Positions 40,293 to 54,290 are shown, counted from the stretch's first letter. The stretch: DNA of 64,000 nucleotides from the human T2T-CHM13v2.0 reference genome, Homo sapiens (GCF_009914755.1 NC_060931.1); one strand, 5' to 3'. Made by a program: numbers and translations. Notes: generated by a model from the letters alone, not told the origin.

Positions 40293-41329
40293 TTTATATA
40301 TATTAATCATAGCCATCTGGTGGTTGTGTCGTGGTGTCTCATTGTGATTTTAACTTAACTGAATGGATGTGGGTCTATTTATGACATCCCTTTTCAATTC
40401 TGTTTACCCATATTGTTTTTCTTGTGCCAGTACCAAAATGTCTTATTTATTGTAGCTTTACAGTATGTCTTGAAATCTGGTTAAATTCTCCAAATTGGTT
40501 CAAGGTTTTCTTGGACATTATTGGCATTTCCATATATATGAGGTAGAGTTACCTTGTCAAATTCTAAACGTACATAAATGCACATATATTCACAAACTTT
40601 GCTGAGTAATTAAATCTATAAATCAATTTGGGAATAATTACAATGTTACCTTTTAACTTATAAACATGAGATATCAATCTATTTATTTAGGTCTTCTTTG
40701 CTCATCCTTGTTTTCATTTGTCCCTGGAAATCTGATTAATTTCAGATAAGATTTTTAAAAATTGTATAATTTACAAATTGTAAAATTGTATAATTTTTAT
40801 AATTTCATGTTTTTATTTTTGTCACAATATGTAGAATTATAATTTATTATGTTTTACTATTTCTCTGTATCTAGTGACATTGCTCAACTAACTTAAATCT
40901 AAAAGTTTATTTATTGGCTGTATTATATTTTTTATACATACCATCTTGGACTATGATCACTTAATTTTTTCCTTTTAAATTATTATATATTATATTTCCT
41001 TTTCATCATATATTGCACTAGTTGAGACATTTAGTGTAATGATAAAAAGAAGTTGGGATCACAAGACACCTTTGTCTTGTTCCCATTTTCAAGATTAATA
41101 TTTCAATATTTCATCATGTATGTATGGTATTTGTTGGAGTGTTTTTGTAGCCACTTTGAATTAAAGATATTGCTTTTTATCTCTAAGTTGAAAATATTTT
41201 TATATAAAGAAACATTTAATTGCATTAAAGTATATCTCTATATCTATCGAGACAATCATATGTTTTCTACCTATTTGTTGTTATGTGATAAATTAAATTA
41301 ATTATATTGGGTTTTTTTGCATCATTGCT

Positions 41330-42511
41330 GTTTTATAGAACAGCTTTATTATGATTAACTATACATACCCTAAAATTTACCCTTTCAGAATATACAATTC
41401 AATAGTTGTGCAACCATCACCACATTAATTTTAGGATAATTTGTATCACCCCAATAAGAAATCCCACACCCCATTAGCAGTCACTCTCCATTTCCCACCA
41501 ACCCACACAAGCATAGGCAATCACTAAGCTACTCTATCTCTATAGAGTTGCCCGTTCTGGGTATTGCATATAAATGGAATCACACAACATGTGGCCTTTT
41601 TCGACTCTCTTATTTCACTTAGCATAATGTTTGTAAGACTCATGCATGTTGTAGCATGTATTGGTACTTCATTCTTTATAACCAAATAATATTCTTTTTA
41701 TGGAAATGCTGCCTTTTATTTTTCCATTCGTCTGTTGAAAAGTTGTTTTCACTTTCTGACTATTGCGAATAATGCTACTATGAACATTAGTATAGAGGTA
41801 TCCAAATTTCTGTTTTCAATTCTCGTGGATATATATCTGGGGGTAGAAATTCTGAATCACATAACTCTATGTACATCTTTTTGAAGATCTGCCAAACCAT
41901 TTTCCAATGGAGGATACTATTTTCCTTTCCCACAAAAGTGAGGAATAAGCATTCCATTATCTCTATATTCTCACCAGTACATGTTAGCTATAGTCTTTTT
42001 GATTATAATCATCACAGTGCCCGAGAAGTAACTCACTGTGCTTTGATTTGCATGTCCCTAGTGACTAATGATGCTGAGCATCTTTTTTATATTGACTGGC
42101 CATTTGTATATCTTCCTTGCAGAAATAATTATTCAAATACTTTTTGCATTTTTAAAAAATTGGATTTTTACTGTTGAGCTGTCAGCATTCTCTATATATT
42201 CTAGATATGTCCTTTTTCAGATATATCATTTCAAATATTTTCTCCCATTGTGGATTGTAGTTCCCTTTACTGATAGTGTCCTTTGAAGCACAAAAGTTAT
42301 TCATTTTGACCGAGGCCAGTGTATCTAGTTTTTCTTTTGTCACCACCTTTGGTGGTGGGATTATACGTAAGAAGACTTTGCCAAATCCACAGTCATCAGG
42401 ATTTGCTTCTATATTTTCTCTTGAGAATTTTATAGTTTTAATTTTAAATTTGGGCCTATGATTTCATTTTCAGTTAATTTTTGTGTATAGTATTAGGAAA
42501 GGGTTCAAATT
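41330..42511 (-). mobile_element. L1MB 3' portion
   Basis: GTTGTGCAACCATCACCAC..CCCATTAGCAGTCACTCTCCATT..ATAAATGGAATCACACAACATGTGGCC. Confidence 0.8.
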
Positions 42512-42863
42512 TGATATGGTTTGGCTGTGTCCCCACCCAAATCTCATTTTGAATTCCCATATGTCGTGGGAGGAACCTGGTGGAAAGTGAATGAATTATG
42601 GGGGCAGGTCTTTCCTGCACTGTTCTCATGATAGTGAATGAGCCTCACAAGATCTGATGGTTTCAAAAATGGGAGTTTCCTTGCACAAGCTCTCTTTTTG
42701 CCTGCTGCCATACATGTAAGATGTGACTTGCTCCTACTTGCCTTCCCCCATGATTGTGAGGCCCCCACAGCCATTTATTGAGGAGTCCAATAAATCTCTT
42801 TCTTTTGTGTATTGCTCAGTCTCAGGTATGTCTTTATCAGCAGCATGAAAATGGACTAATACA
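42512..42863 (+). mobile_element. THE1 (THE1A/B) solo LTR
   Basis: TGATATGGTTTGGCTGTGTCCCCACCCAAATCTC...GGACTAATACA; TSD AAATT/AAGTT; kB motif GGGAGTTTCC at 42671-42680. Confidence 0.92.
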
Positions 42864-43312
42864 AAGTTACTTCAAAAATGCATTGTCTGTAAATGTATGG
42901 GTTTGTTTCTAGACTGAATTGTATTCTGTTGATCTATATGTCTAGACAATGCAAACATCAATTGGTTTTTTAATGTCAAAATAACCCCACATCTATTGGA
43001 TAAACCTGGATGGCTGGTGGTGTGTAACGGTTTTTATATCTAACTATTTGATTCACTAATATTTGTTGGGGAAATTTTTTTTACCTATAATCACAAGAGA
43101 GATACGCATGTAGTTTATTTTCTTAAAATAAAACAATAAAATTTTCTTATATTGTTTGTGTAAATGTTTGCAAGTCTTAAAATAAATGCTGGGATGGGTT
43201 TTCTTTTTCTTGATACTCTGGAAGAATTTCTGTATGATTTGTGATGTCTCTTTCTTAGGTATTTGGAAGAATTCAAATTTGGATGAATTTCTAAAACTGG
43301 TAATTTAGGTCT

Positions 43313-43862
43313 TGCATTAGTCAGAATTCTCTAGAGAAACAGAATAAACAGGATTGTGTGTGTTTATATACATATATGTATAACAATTATATGTAAAATT
43401 GCCAATTTTAGAAATAAAAAGGAGACATTTTCTGTATATATACATATGTATGTGTGTGTATATATATGTATAGAGAGAGAGAGGAAGAGAGAGAATAAGA
43501 AATTAATTTATTTTGAAGAGCTGTCTTACACAAATGTGGGGACTGGGAAAGTCTAAAATCTGCAGGACAGGCCAGCAGGCTGGAAAGCAAGGCAGAGCCA
43601 ACCTTGCAGTTGGAGTCTAAAGACCTTCTGGAGGCAGAATTCCCTCTTCCTTAGAGGACTTTTGTCTTTTTATCTTAAGGCCTCAGCTGAATAAATGAGG
43701 CCCAGCCATGTTATGAGCAGTAATGTGCTTTACTCAAAGAATACTTATTTGAATGTCAATCTCATCTTTGACTTATCTTCACAGCAATATTTAGACCAGT
43801 GTTAGAGCAAATATCTGGGACTCAGGGCCCTACTAAGCTGATACAAAAAATTAGCCACCAGA
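43313..43862 (-). mobile_element. MLT2B-like (ERVL) solo LTR
   Basis: TGCATTAGTCAGAATTCTCTAGAGAAACAGAA + TA/GA tract + AAAATCTGCAGGACAGGCCAGCAGGCTGG; perfect TSD GGTCT. Confidence 0.85.
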
Positions 43863-44475
43863 GGTCTTATCTTTTTTTCACTTTTTCAATATTAACAGAA
43901 ATTTAGTAATATTTCGGTCTTTTCAAAGTAATTATTCAGTTTGTCAATTTTATTTTTATGATCATTTCTTACTTTGCTAATATCTGTTCTCTTTTGACTA
44001 CTTTTCATTCTTCTACATTTTTTAAGTTAATTTGAGACTATTTTTTGGCTTCTTAGTATAGATACTTGAAACATAAATTTTTAGTCTTTCTTTTTTCTAA
44101 TATATGTATTTAATGCTACAAGTGGCTCTCTATGCACATATACATACCCTACACTTTTGGGTGCACCCCACATGGTTAATATATATCATTTTAAATTGTA
44201 TTTTCTTCAAAATATTTTCTAATTGCCATTGAGATGTTTGCTTTGACCCAAGCATTATTTAGGATCACATTGGTTAACCTCCAAACATTATCGGTAATTT
44301 CTTCCTAGGTTTCTATTTATATATTTTGCATGTTACTGGTATTTAAAGTTTGTCTGACAAAGGCCTGCAGGCTGCAGCCCATCCCGGGGGGCCCTGGGTG
44401 GAGAAAATGGTCTCTGAGTGAGAACCAAAGAGCACAGGACTGAGCAGGCTGTTGTTCATAAGTGGCATAGAAAAG

Positions 44476-44538
44476 CCAATAGTGCCTCGAATAGAGCCAT
44501 GGGAAACTCCCGTTTTGAAATAAAAAACCACAGGAAAG
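44476..44538. promoter_or_regulatory. Candidate enhancer motif cluster (CCAAT, NF-kB, RUNX, ETS-like)
   Basis: CCAAT 44476-44480, GGGAAACTCCC 44501-44511, AACCACA 44526-44532 overlapping CAGGAA; motifs only. Confidence 0.3.
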
Positions 44539-46634
44539 TACATTAGATTTTGTTGTAGGTCAAGCAGCTCACAAGCCAACTGAACTAGATCTTATGCTAC
44601 TCCTAGAAACCATGGTCGTATCTGTCTTTGAAAAATCATGTTTGAATGGTAGTTCACTTACAAATAGCCAGATATCAGAACGTATAATTTACCTACAAGG
44701 GAAACAAAATCTTTTGTAGGATTTCCCTGATCTGTCAAGGAATACAATTAACATGCTCAGTACTGAAAACTTAAACAAACAAACAACAAAAAAAATGAGG
44801 CATAGGCCAACATACTATAATCTAGCAGTATGCCTCTTATTTAAATAAAGTCAATGCATAACATTTTTTTAGAAAGGTAGTTAGACAAATGACTTGGCCA
44901 GGTCACAGACAAGTATTAGTGATACCCATCTATTTCTCTTCTTTCTAAGAAAAGATGAGAGGGTTGCCTGGAACTTCCATTGCACTAGAAACCTTTTAGC
45001 ATCTCTCGTGATAGAAAGGCCCCCAGCCTGAGAAAGAGATAAACTTCTGATACACAGCTCTGGACATATCCCTAAAATTCTCTAATCATATATCTCAGAT
45101 GGAATGACCCTTAAAGTCATTTTTAGCTCTAAACCTCTGTGATATGAATGCTATCTCAACATAGCTTATCACATTTTTATATACACATCAAGTTGAAACA
45201 GCAAGAAACCATACATTTACTGTGCCTAGGCATCAATTTCAAAGGGTTCGAATTCTGGCCAAAAGCAGTTTTTGAGATTCTGGAATATGCAGATATAATA
45301 GACACATATAAGTAAATATGACACAGTTAAAACAACAAAATTCCTACGTTTAACTTCCGTAGGAAATGCTGATAAGAAAAACCAGCTGGCAACCATAGAG
45401 TTATGAGGACTTTTGATGAACCAGAAAAACATTGTGAAATTGTCTTAGCACAGGATAAACATGGAGAAAGTAAGTTCTTAGTGCCACACACATGCAAATG
45501 CAAGGGGCAATTTCAAGGGCAGGAAGACACCTCTGTCTTGTGACTTCTGTGACTGTTAGTAGGAATTAGTGGCCAATGCCCTAGATGTTAAAGCAATAAG
45601 ATATTTACTTAAAATTATGAACTCCACAAATTGCTGTGCTGACAGAAAGAAGAATTATCAGCTGTTAATAAAATTTTTTTAAAGAAAACGAACCATTCAA
45701 CATTAATCATATAGATTACTGTGGGATTGTAGAAAGAACTCAATGACACCAAACCAGATGGCAGAGAAAGGGCTAGAAATCAGGCGATGGCAGAATCTTG
45801 CCCCATGAATAAGGTTTACAAGGAATCCCATTTCTAGCGAAGAGAGTTTGCAGTCATTTCAAGAGCTATCCATGGTTTTATTTGCATGATAATAGTAATC
45901 TTTTGTAGATAGCTGTGCTCCTATATTCACATTTAAGCATGTATCTATATCCATCTTGGCCATCCACAAGCATCAGTTACTTCAAAATAATTTTTAAGTT
46001 GACAGTTAAAGGGCCACTTTGGATATTTTTATCTGACGAAACCAAAGCCAACATTTGCATTAAAACTTGTACCCAGAATAGGCAGAGCAGGTAAACACTA
46101 TCTTACAAGAAAGGCCTGCAACGAGGCAGTTCCGGTCTTGAAAGCCACACACATTGTTACACAGGGTTCTTCTAAGCAATGAGAAAGGGACCAAGATGCA
46201 AAAGTTATATTCCTCTCTACTAGTAGGGAGAGAGGATAAGTCATAGATAAAATTTAAGATAACATTAAGATTAAATGACAAATATGTTATCAGAAAGGTC
46301 AAAAAACTAAACCCAATTTATCAGTGCAGTATATTGATCAGTTTCTATCTGAAACCAGACACCTCTATTCTTTGGAGAGGGAGAATTCAACATAAAGAAT
46401 CAACCTAAGAGTTGTTAAATAGGTAAGTGAAAATGCAAGAGAAGAGCGCTAACAAACTGTGGAGGTCACAACTGCAGAAAAACAGCTGCCACTCCTGGAG
46501 CTGGGAAAGAAAGGGAAGAGGCTGGCACGATTAAAACTTAGAAGCTTAGAAGAGGGGCTTCTTGGGTGCGACCCAGAGCTCTGGGGAAGGAGCTGCTGGT
46601 GCTGAAAAAACTGGAAGACTGCCCAAACTACCGC

Positions 46635-47136
46635 CAATGCAGGACAGGCAAGTCCCAAATTGGGATTTAGCTTACCGATGGTTCTGGGCTTTTCCCAGGA
46701 AAGAATTCAATGGCCAGCCAGTAGTAGGGCAGAAAAAAATCAGCTTTCTTGAAGAGTCCGTTTACAGCACCAGCGGTGTTACAGCCCCATGGTGGCTCCT
46801 GCAGAGCAAGGCTACCCCAGAGGTAGTGTGCTGAGAGAAGCAGCTCAGGGCAGAGTTGCGGTCATATTTATACTTATTTTTAATTACACGTAGGTTAAGG
46901 GGCAGTTTACGCAGAAATTTATAAGAAAAGGGTGGTAGTTTTTGGGTCATTGGGTCATTCCCAAGCAAAGAAGTAGTAACTCCTGGGTGTTGCCATGGCA
47001 ATGGGAAACTCACATGGCGCACTGGTGGGCGTGTCTTTTGGAAAGCTGCTTCCACCCCACCCTTGTTTTAGCTAGTCCTCAATTTGATCTGGTGTCCAAG
47101 CTCTGCCTCTGGAGTGGAGTCCCGCCTCCTACCTCA
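46635..47136 (-). mobile_element. MER66 (ERV1) solo LTR
   Basis: Minus strand starts TGAGGTAGGAGGCGGGACTCCACTCCAGAGGCAGAGCTTGGACACCAGATCAAATTGAGGACTAGCTAAAACAAGG; possible TSD CCGC/CTGC; sits within an older LTR-like sequence (~46450-47390). Confidence 0.8.
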
Positions 47137-47489
47137 CTGCTACAAGAAGGAACTTCTGCTGCTTCAGGGAGGCTGTCCTGCTGAGTGAATTTCACAGGAG
47201 CGGTAAGCCCACAGGAAGCAGAGGACAGACAAGAAGTAGCAAGTCCCTGCTCCCTCCTCAGCCTTTCAATTCCCCTATAGATCTGGTCTTGGCGGAGCCT
47301 CACAGGGAGCAGATGGGAAAGCAGGGATGTGGTTTGCACAGTCTCAGCCTCGAGGTAACAGAGCAAAGGATAGGAAGGTAAAGATAAGAGACAAGGACCT
47401 TATGACTAACACTCAGAGGAATGAGGAAAAGGAACTGGGTCATGATATGATTTAAGGTCTGAAAAATATAGAAGTCAAGAGCAGATTGA

Positions 47490-47817
<328 letters not shown>

Positions 47818-48200
47818 TGACTTTTCAGACTGGCAGAGTGGCAACTGGAATATGATCATTCAGTATTCTCCTAAAATATCATTTTAACAACAGATTATCA
47901 TTTCATATACAGATATGCCAAAATCAGTGTGACCATCGTTTCCATTGCTCACCTCACCAGCATTGCTGCCTTGAAGACCTCTGGACCTAGGTCATCGTGT
48001 GCACCCCTGTTACTTTATTAAGACTAGAGTAGAACTGCTAAATTAAATGATGTCAATGTTTCTTTGAAAATTTGTATACAAATGTCAAATTCTCTCTAAT
48101 AGGTTTTGAAAATTGTCTCCAAAGTTTTGAAATATTTTTTCCTATTGGAAGTATGTAAGATGCTTATTTTAAAATTGTCCATTTAGAAAGTTTCTTTTCT

Positions 48201-48735
48201 GATGAATAATAAAATGTGAAATGTATATACAATGGAATATTATTCAGCCTTTAAAAAGAAGGAAATACTGACATATACTACAACATGGATGAGCCTGGAA
48301 GACATTATGTTAAGTGAAATAAGACAGGCACAGAAAGACATATACTGCATGATTTCACTTATATGTGGAAGCTAAAAAGTTGAATTCCTAAAAGTGGAGA
48401 ACAGAAGAGTGGATACCAGAGGCTGGGTATGGAGTGGGTAACCAGGGAGATGTTGTTCAAAGGACATAAAATGTCAATTAGAGGAGGAATAAGTTCAACC
48501 GATCTATTGTATGCCACGGTGACTATAGTTAATAACAATATATTGTATCCTTGAAATCATTAAGAGCATAGATTTGAAGTATTCTTAACACAAAAAAGTA
48601 TGCGAGATAATGCATTTGCTAATTAGCACTGTTTAGTCATTCCACAATGTATACATATTTCAAAACATCATGTTGTACACAATAAATATATACAACTTTT
48701 GTCAACTAAAAACTATTTTAAAAAAAGAAAAGAAA
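48201..48735 (+). mobile_element. L1MA5-7-like 3' end
   Basis: GGAATATTATTCAGCCTTTAAAAAGAAGG..GTGACTATAGTTAATAACAAT..CATTCCACAATGTATACATATTTCAAAACATCATG; A-rich tail. Confidence 0.85.
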
Positions 48736-49205
48736 AAATCCTTTTCTGTATCAAAATACTTTATTTTTGTGACAGTTTGATACTTTTTCTCCAGCAATTA
48801 TTCTTTGTAACAGTTTACCCACTGACAGACTTTTTAAATTCCTGGTTATTCCTGAGTAATTTATGCAGTGAAAATATTTCTTTTAATCAAAACAAAGATA
48901 TTTGTCCTCCGAATTGTATTTTCAAAGAAGCAACCATTTTTTGAACTAAATATATTTTATTTAAAGTTCTAGTCGAGCAGCTTTACAGTACCTAACAAAA
49001 TTCCACCACAGAATGAACGCATAACACACATTGAACAATTAATATATTTGAATATTCTCCAAAAAACCAAAACAAACAAACAAAAAAGGTTTTCTTGACT
49101 AGGAAAAGGCCATCTCTGACACCACTTCTGGGCTTCAAAATTGAAATTGCAGAGCTCTGTTAATCCCTCAACATTTGGGCAGAATTGGTAAAGATTTGCT
49201 TTGGA

Positions 49206-49528
49206 TTTTTTTTTTCTTTTCTTTTCTTTTCTTTTCTTTTTTTTCTTTTTTGAGACAGGGTCTCACTGTGTTGCCCAGGCTTGAGTTCAGTGGAGCAGTA
49301 GAGTGATCATGGCTCACTGCAGCCTTGAACACCTGGGCTCAGGCAATCTACCTGCTCCAGCCTCCCAAGTATCTGGGACTACAGGTGTGCTCCACCATGC
49401 CCAGCTGTTATTTATTTATTTGTCTCACTATGTTGTCCAGGCTAATCTGGTACTCCTGGGTTCAGTGATCCTCCTACCTTGGCCTCCCAAAGTGCTGGGA
49501 TTACAGGTGTGAGCCACCACACTTGGCC
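49206..49528 (-). mobile_element. AluJ
   Basis: (CTTTT)n tail; GCTCACTGCAGCCTTGAAC; partial deletion in the left arm. Confidence 0.9.
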
Positions 49529-51550
49529 TGATTTGTGTTTTTTAAGGTTCTTACCTTTAAAAATTTATGCCATAAAACATAAAAATATGACCTTTATAAT
49601 TCAGTTTTGAATATTTACCGCTTAAAGTTCCAGTTCCAGTATAAATTACACTAAAATGTGTAAAAATATAACTAAGTAGAAATATTTACATCAAATATAG
49701 CAGATAAAATATTACTTACTACAACATTTAGATAACCACATTGAAATGAAGAAAAATGTATACCCTGTTAGACAAGATGACAGAAGATATCAAATCAGCA
49801 AACAATGTTAAACTATTTGGAACTCTCTATTCTCACTAATAATATATTTCAAATTAGTAAATTTTATTTTTTAATTATGTGAACTTTCTAAGGATTAATT
49901 ACAAAAAATGATCGTTTATAATAGTACTTAAATGCTGGCAACATGTGATGATAGGAATATATACTTATGCTTCTAGTGACAGTTTAATTTGGTCATATTT
50001 TCAAAGGCATAATAATAAAAGTAAAAATTCTCCATTGTAACATTTTCTAGGTATCCCAATCTTCTACCTCCATAATCATATGCTTAGAAATTTTTCTTAA
50101 TATCAAGAAGCAAAACCTTATTTCAGCGTCATCTAAATGGAACCGAAAAAAGGGAAAATCTTATATATCCTGTAATTAAGTCTAATGATCTGATGAAGCA
50201 GGAGGCATTTCTAAAGATAGACTTCCATGCATTACATACTCATTATATTCACTGTGATAAGTGAATCAAATTATGTCTACTCTAATGTTGTACAGCTTCG
50301 AATTTTTTTTTACATCTATACAAGAACAGAAAGAGAATATAAAAATATGTTTAAGATAGCAGTAGGGTGTGTTTTCTTTTGTACAGAAATGTCTTTAATA
50401 ATCATATTATATAGTGCTTTTCAATGAAACCCCAGTGTGGAAAATCAGCCAGCACGTTTACCCAGTTGAGTTCTGTCCTATACAGGTACTACCTGCCTCC
50501 TTCACCAAAGATGAAATGCTGTTAGGCTGAGAGGTTACAACCTGGCTGGTGGCTTTTCAGAGGGAGGAAAACTGTTTCCCTTTGAACCTGCACAAATTTT
50601 TGGGTCAAGCGACTTAATTAGTGCTTGCTTTTCCTAAATTGCTTGTGCAGAAATCCACAAAGTTTATAATGCAAGCCAGGAAATTGATTCAAACACAGAT
50701 TGTTCTGGTAGGCGCCAATAAAAGTTCCTGTCCGAGTCACGAGATTTAAACTGTACAGAAGTGGTGCCACAGAGTCTGAGAAAAGACAGCCTCATTTTAT
50801 TAGTAGGATCAAGGATACCACCCTACCTTTATTTAAAGTGCTACCGTATGTTGTAGATAATATGATAAACTAAAACTAACAATCTAGCTTTATTGTCAGG
50901 CCACTAATAGGAATTAGGAAGTCCAAAGAATCCTTTTCCCAGAACAAACTTGTAAATTAGTTTTCTAACATAAAAGTCTGCATGCGCCTTTATTTTTTGC
51001 TTTTCCAGTGCATCAGAATGACTCCTCTGTGCTCTTTCTACTCCTAAATCTCTGAATTTTATTTTCAAGAATAGTTTTGGATGGATTTTCTTGCTGTGGG
51101 TCTCATGTTTATTGGTTGCTATGGGTTCTTCAAAGACTATGTTTCAATTAGGTTAATTATCAGGCACTACTCCCTCTGCACGAAGGCTCTTAGTTTACGA
51201 TACTGAAATAGGTTTTAGTTTACAATGCTGAAGTAGACATAGATAGCAGCACTAGTGGGTAGATCAGGTGAATTATCTGCGGTCATTCACTTATTAAACA
51301 TGACTTCTCTGGAGTTGGATCATAGCTAGGCAGAATATAAACATCTAGAATGTTAAGGACCACTCATTTGCTGTTCAAGGAACATGTGGCTCAAGGAAAA
51401 AAAGAACATAATATCCAAAATTACATGATCTGAACTGCCTCAACAGAAAACTCTCTGTTCCACCCCAAGTCGTAATCTCTCTGAGCCTACTTACTCACCT
51501 ATAAGTGATAGTGACAAAGTACAATTTCAAAACATGCTTTTCAAGAAGAA

Positions 51551-51823
51551 ATTCCCAGTAGTGTGGCGAGGCCAAGGCAGGAGGATCACTTGAGTCTGGG
51601 AGTTCAAGCCTGGGCAACATGGCAAAACAGCATTTCTACAAAAAATTTTAATAATTAGTCCAGTGTGGTGGTGTGTGCCTGTAGTCCCAGCTACTTGGGA
51701 GGCTGAGAGGGGAGGATCCCTTGAGTCTGGGATGTCAAGGTTGAAATGGCCCAAGGTCTCACCACTGCACTCCAGCCTAGGTAACAGAGTAAAACCTTGT
51801 CTCAAAAATAAATAAATAAATAA
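51551..51823 (+). mobile_element. AluJo-like, degraded
   Basis: GGCAGGAGGATCACTTGAG..GGAGGATCCCTTGAG; (TAAA)n tail. Confidence 0.88.
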
Positions 51824-52949
51824 GGTGTTTTTTTTGTGTACAACAAGCAATTATCCTGTGCTTTTTTGTCACACGACTGAAACTATTTGAAGTCCAAAAC
51901 TTTATGCCACTAGTCAGATAGATTTTGTTTTTATCTTGTTCTTTTGCTAACACAACAGTGCAGTGTGCTTGGGGTCCTGATTCCTGCCTGTTCTTTACAA
52001 TCACTCACTCCAGCCACACACAAAGGAGAGGAGGACATCTTCAGCCTGTGCATACCTTTCAGGGGATGACTAGCCAGAAGAAATAGCAGCATGGGGTGAC
52101 AAATACTTATTTTGCTTGTTTGCTTTTTGGCTGCCTGAGATCTGTTTGCATGATGTTCCTCATGCTTCTTGATGAAAGGAAGAGTTGGCCTGCCACTGAA
52201 ATGATAAAATCAGAGAACACGCTCCTTCTCAGATGCTATCGCTGGTCAGTGACCCAGACTGGCGAGACAGCTATTTGGGAAGCCAGTGAGTGGAAGGCCA
52301 GAGGAAAGGATCTGAGAGAGCAGCGGTGGTTCTGTGGGATAGCAGCTGCCATCATGATCATACTGCTCCAACCAGACAAGGCCTGTGCTCAATGTATCTG
52401 TCACCTTCCACGCTATTTTGAGAGGTCCCTGGCATACTAATACATGAAGTGCTTTTTTACCTGTTCCATTTTTATAAAATTATATTCCCTTTAAAAGAAA
52501 TAATGTTTATTGAGATATAATTCACATGGCGTAAAATTTACTTTTAAAAACATACAATTGAGTCTTTTTTTGCATATTCACAAAATTGCGTAACCATCAC
52601 TACTATCTAATTTCAGAATATTTTGGTCACTCTCCCAAACATCTCATATTCATCAGCAGTTACTCTCCATCCTTTTCATATTGTTTTATCCTTTTTTCTT
52701 TCTTTTGCTCAGACTGGAGTATCTCAATTGATCTATCTTCAAGTTCACTGATTTTTCTTTTCTGGCTCACATCTGCCTTTGAGCTTAAGTGAATTTTTCC
52801 TTTCATTTATTGTACTTTTCAAATCTAGAATTTCTATTTGTTTCTTTTTTTATAATCTCTACTTCTTTATTGATAATTTTAAGGCACTATACTCACACTT
52901 TTCATGAGTTGTTTAGGCATGTTTTCCTTTTGTTCTTTACACATCTACA

Positions 52950-53260
52950 GGCTGGGCACAGGGACTCACTTGTAACCCCACCACTTTGGGAGGCCACAGT
53001 GGGAGGCTCACTGGAGCTCAGGAGTTCGAGACCAGCCTGGGTAGCATAGTGAGACCCATCTCTACAAAAAAAATTTAAAAAATTATCTGGGTGTTATGGT
53101 GTACCCATATGGTCCTAGCTACTCAGAAGGCTGAGGTAAGAGGATCACCTGAGCCCAGGAAGTCAAGGCTGCATTGAGCCATGATAGTACCATTGTGCTT
53201 CAACCTGGTTAACAGAACAAGAGGCTGTCTCAAAAATAAAATAAAATATAATACAAGAAA
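52950..53260 (+). mobile_element. AluJ
   Basis: GAGGATCACCTGAGCCCAGGAAGTCAAGGCTGCA; ATCTACA on both flanks. Confidence 0.9.
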
Positions 53261-53295
53261 CATATCTACAATAGATTATTTAAAGTCTTTGTTTA

Positions 53296-53739
<444 letters not shown>

Positions 53740-53852
53740 TCAAATAATATAATGTGGTAACTCTTGAAAGGAGACCCCTCCCCATGTCCAGGATTGTTTT
53801 TGTTGTGTTGTTTTGTTTAGTGATTTGCCTGAACTAGTTCTATAAAGTTTGT

Positions 53853-54290
53853 TGTAGTTGTTTGTTCTCACACTGCTATAAAGAACTACCTGAGAGTGGA
53901 TGATTTATGAAGAAAAGAGTTGTTTACTTATAACTTGTGTATTTATTATATACAAGTTGTATATTTATTATAAAGAAAAGAGAAAATTGACCACAGTTCC
54001 ACAGGCTATACAGGAAGCATGGCTGGGAAGCCTCAGGAAACTTACAATCATGGCAGAAGATGAAGGGGAAGCAAGCACACTTTACTATTGGGGAGCAGGA
54101 AAGATAAAGAGAAGGGGGAAGTGCCACACACTTTTAAACAACCAGATCTTGGGAGAACTCCATCATGAGAACAGCAAGGGGTAAGTCCACTCCCAAGATT
54201 CAATCACCTCCCACCAGGCCACTCCTTTAACACATGGGTATTACAATTTAACATGAGATCTGGGTGGTGACAGAGAGCCAAACTGTATCA
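53853..54290 (-). mobile_element. MSTA solo LTR
   Basis: CACACTGCTATAAAGAACTACCTGAG...CAGGAAACTTACAATCATGGCAGAAG...GCCAAACTGTATCA; perfect TSD TTTGT. Confidence 0.9.

Larger units (their letters stand above)
38040..41310 (-). mobile_element. L1ME (antisense) host element, pieces 38040-38690 and 40295-41310
   Basis: T-rich antisense L1 3'UTR/ORF2 on both sides of the nested plus-strand L1s. Confidence 0.6.
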
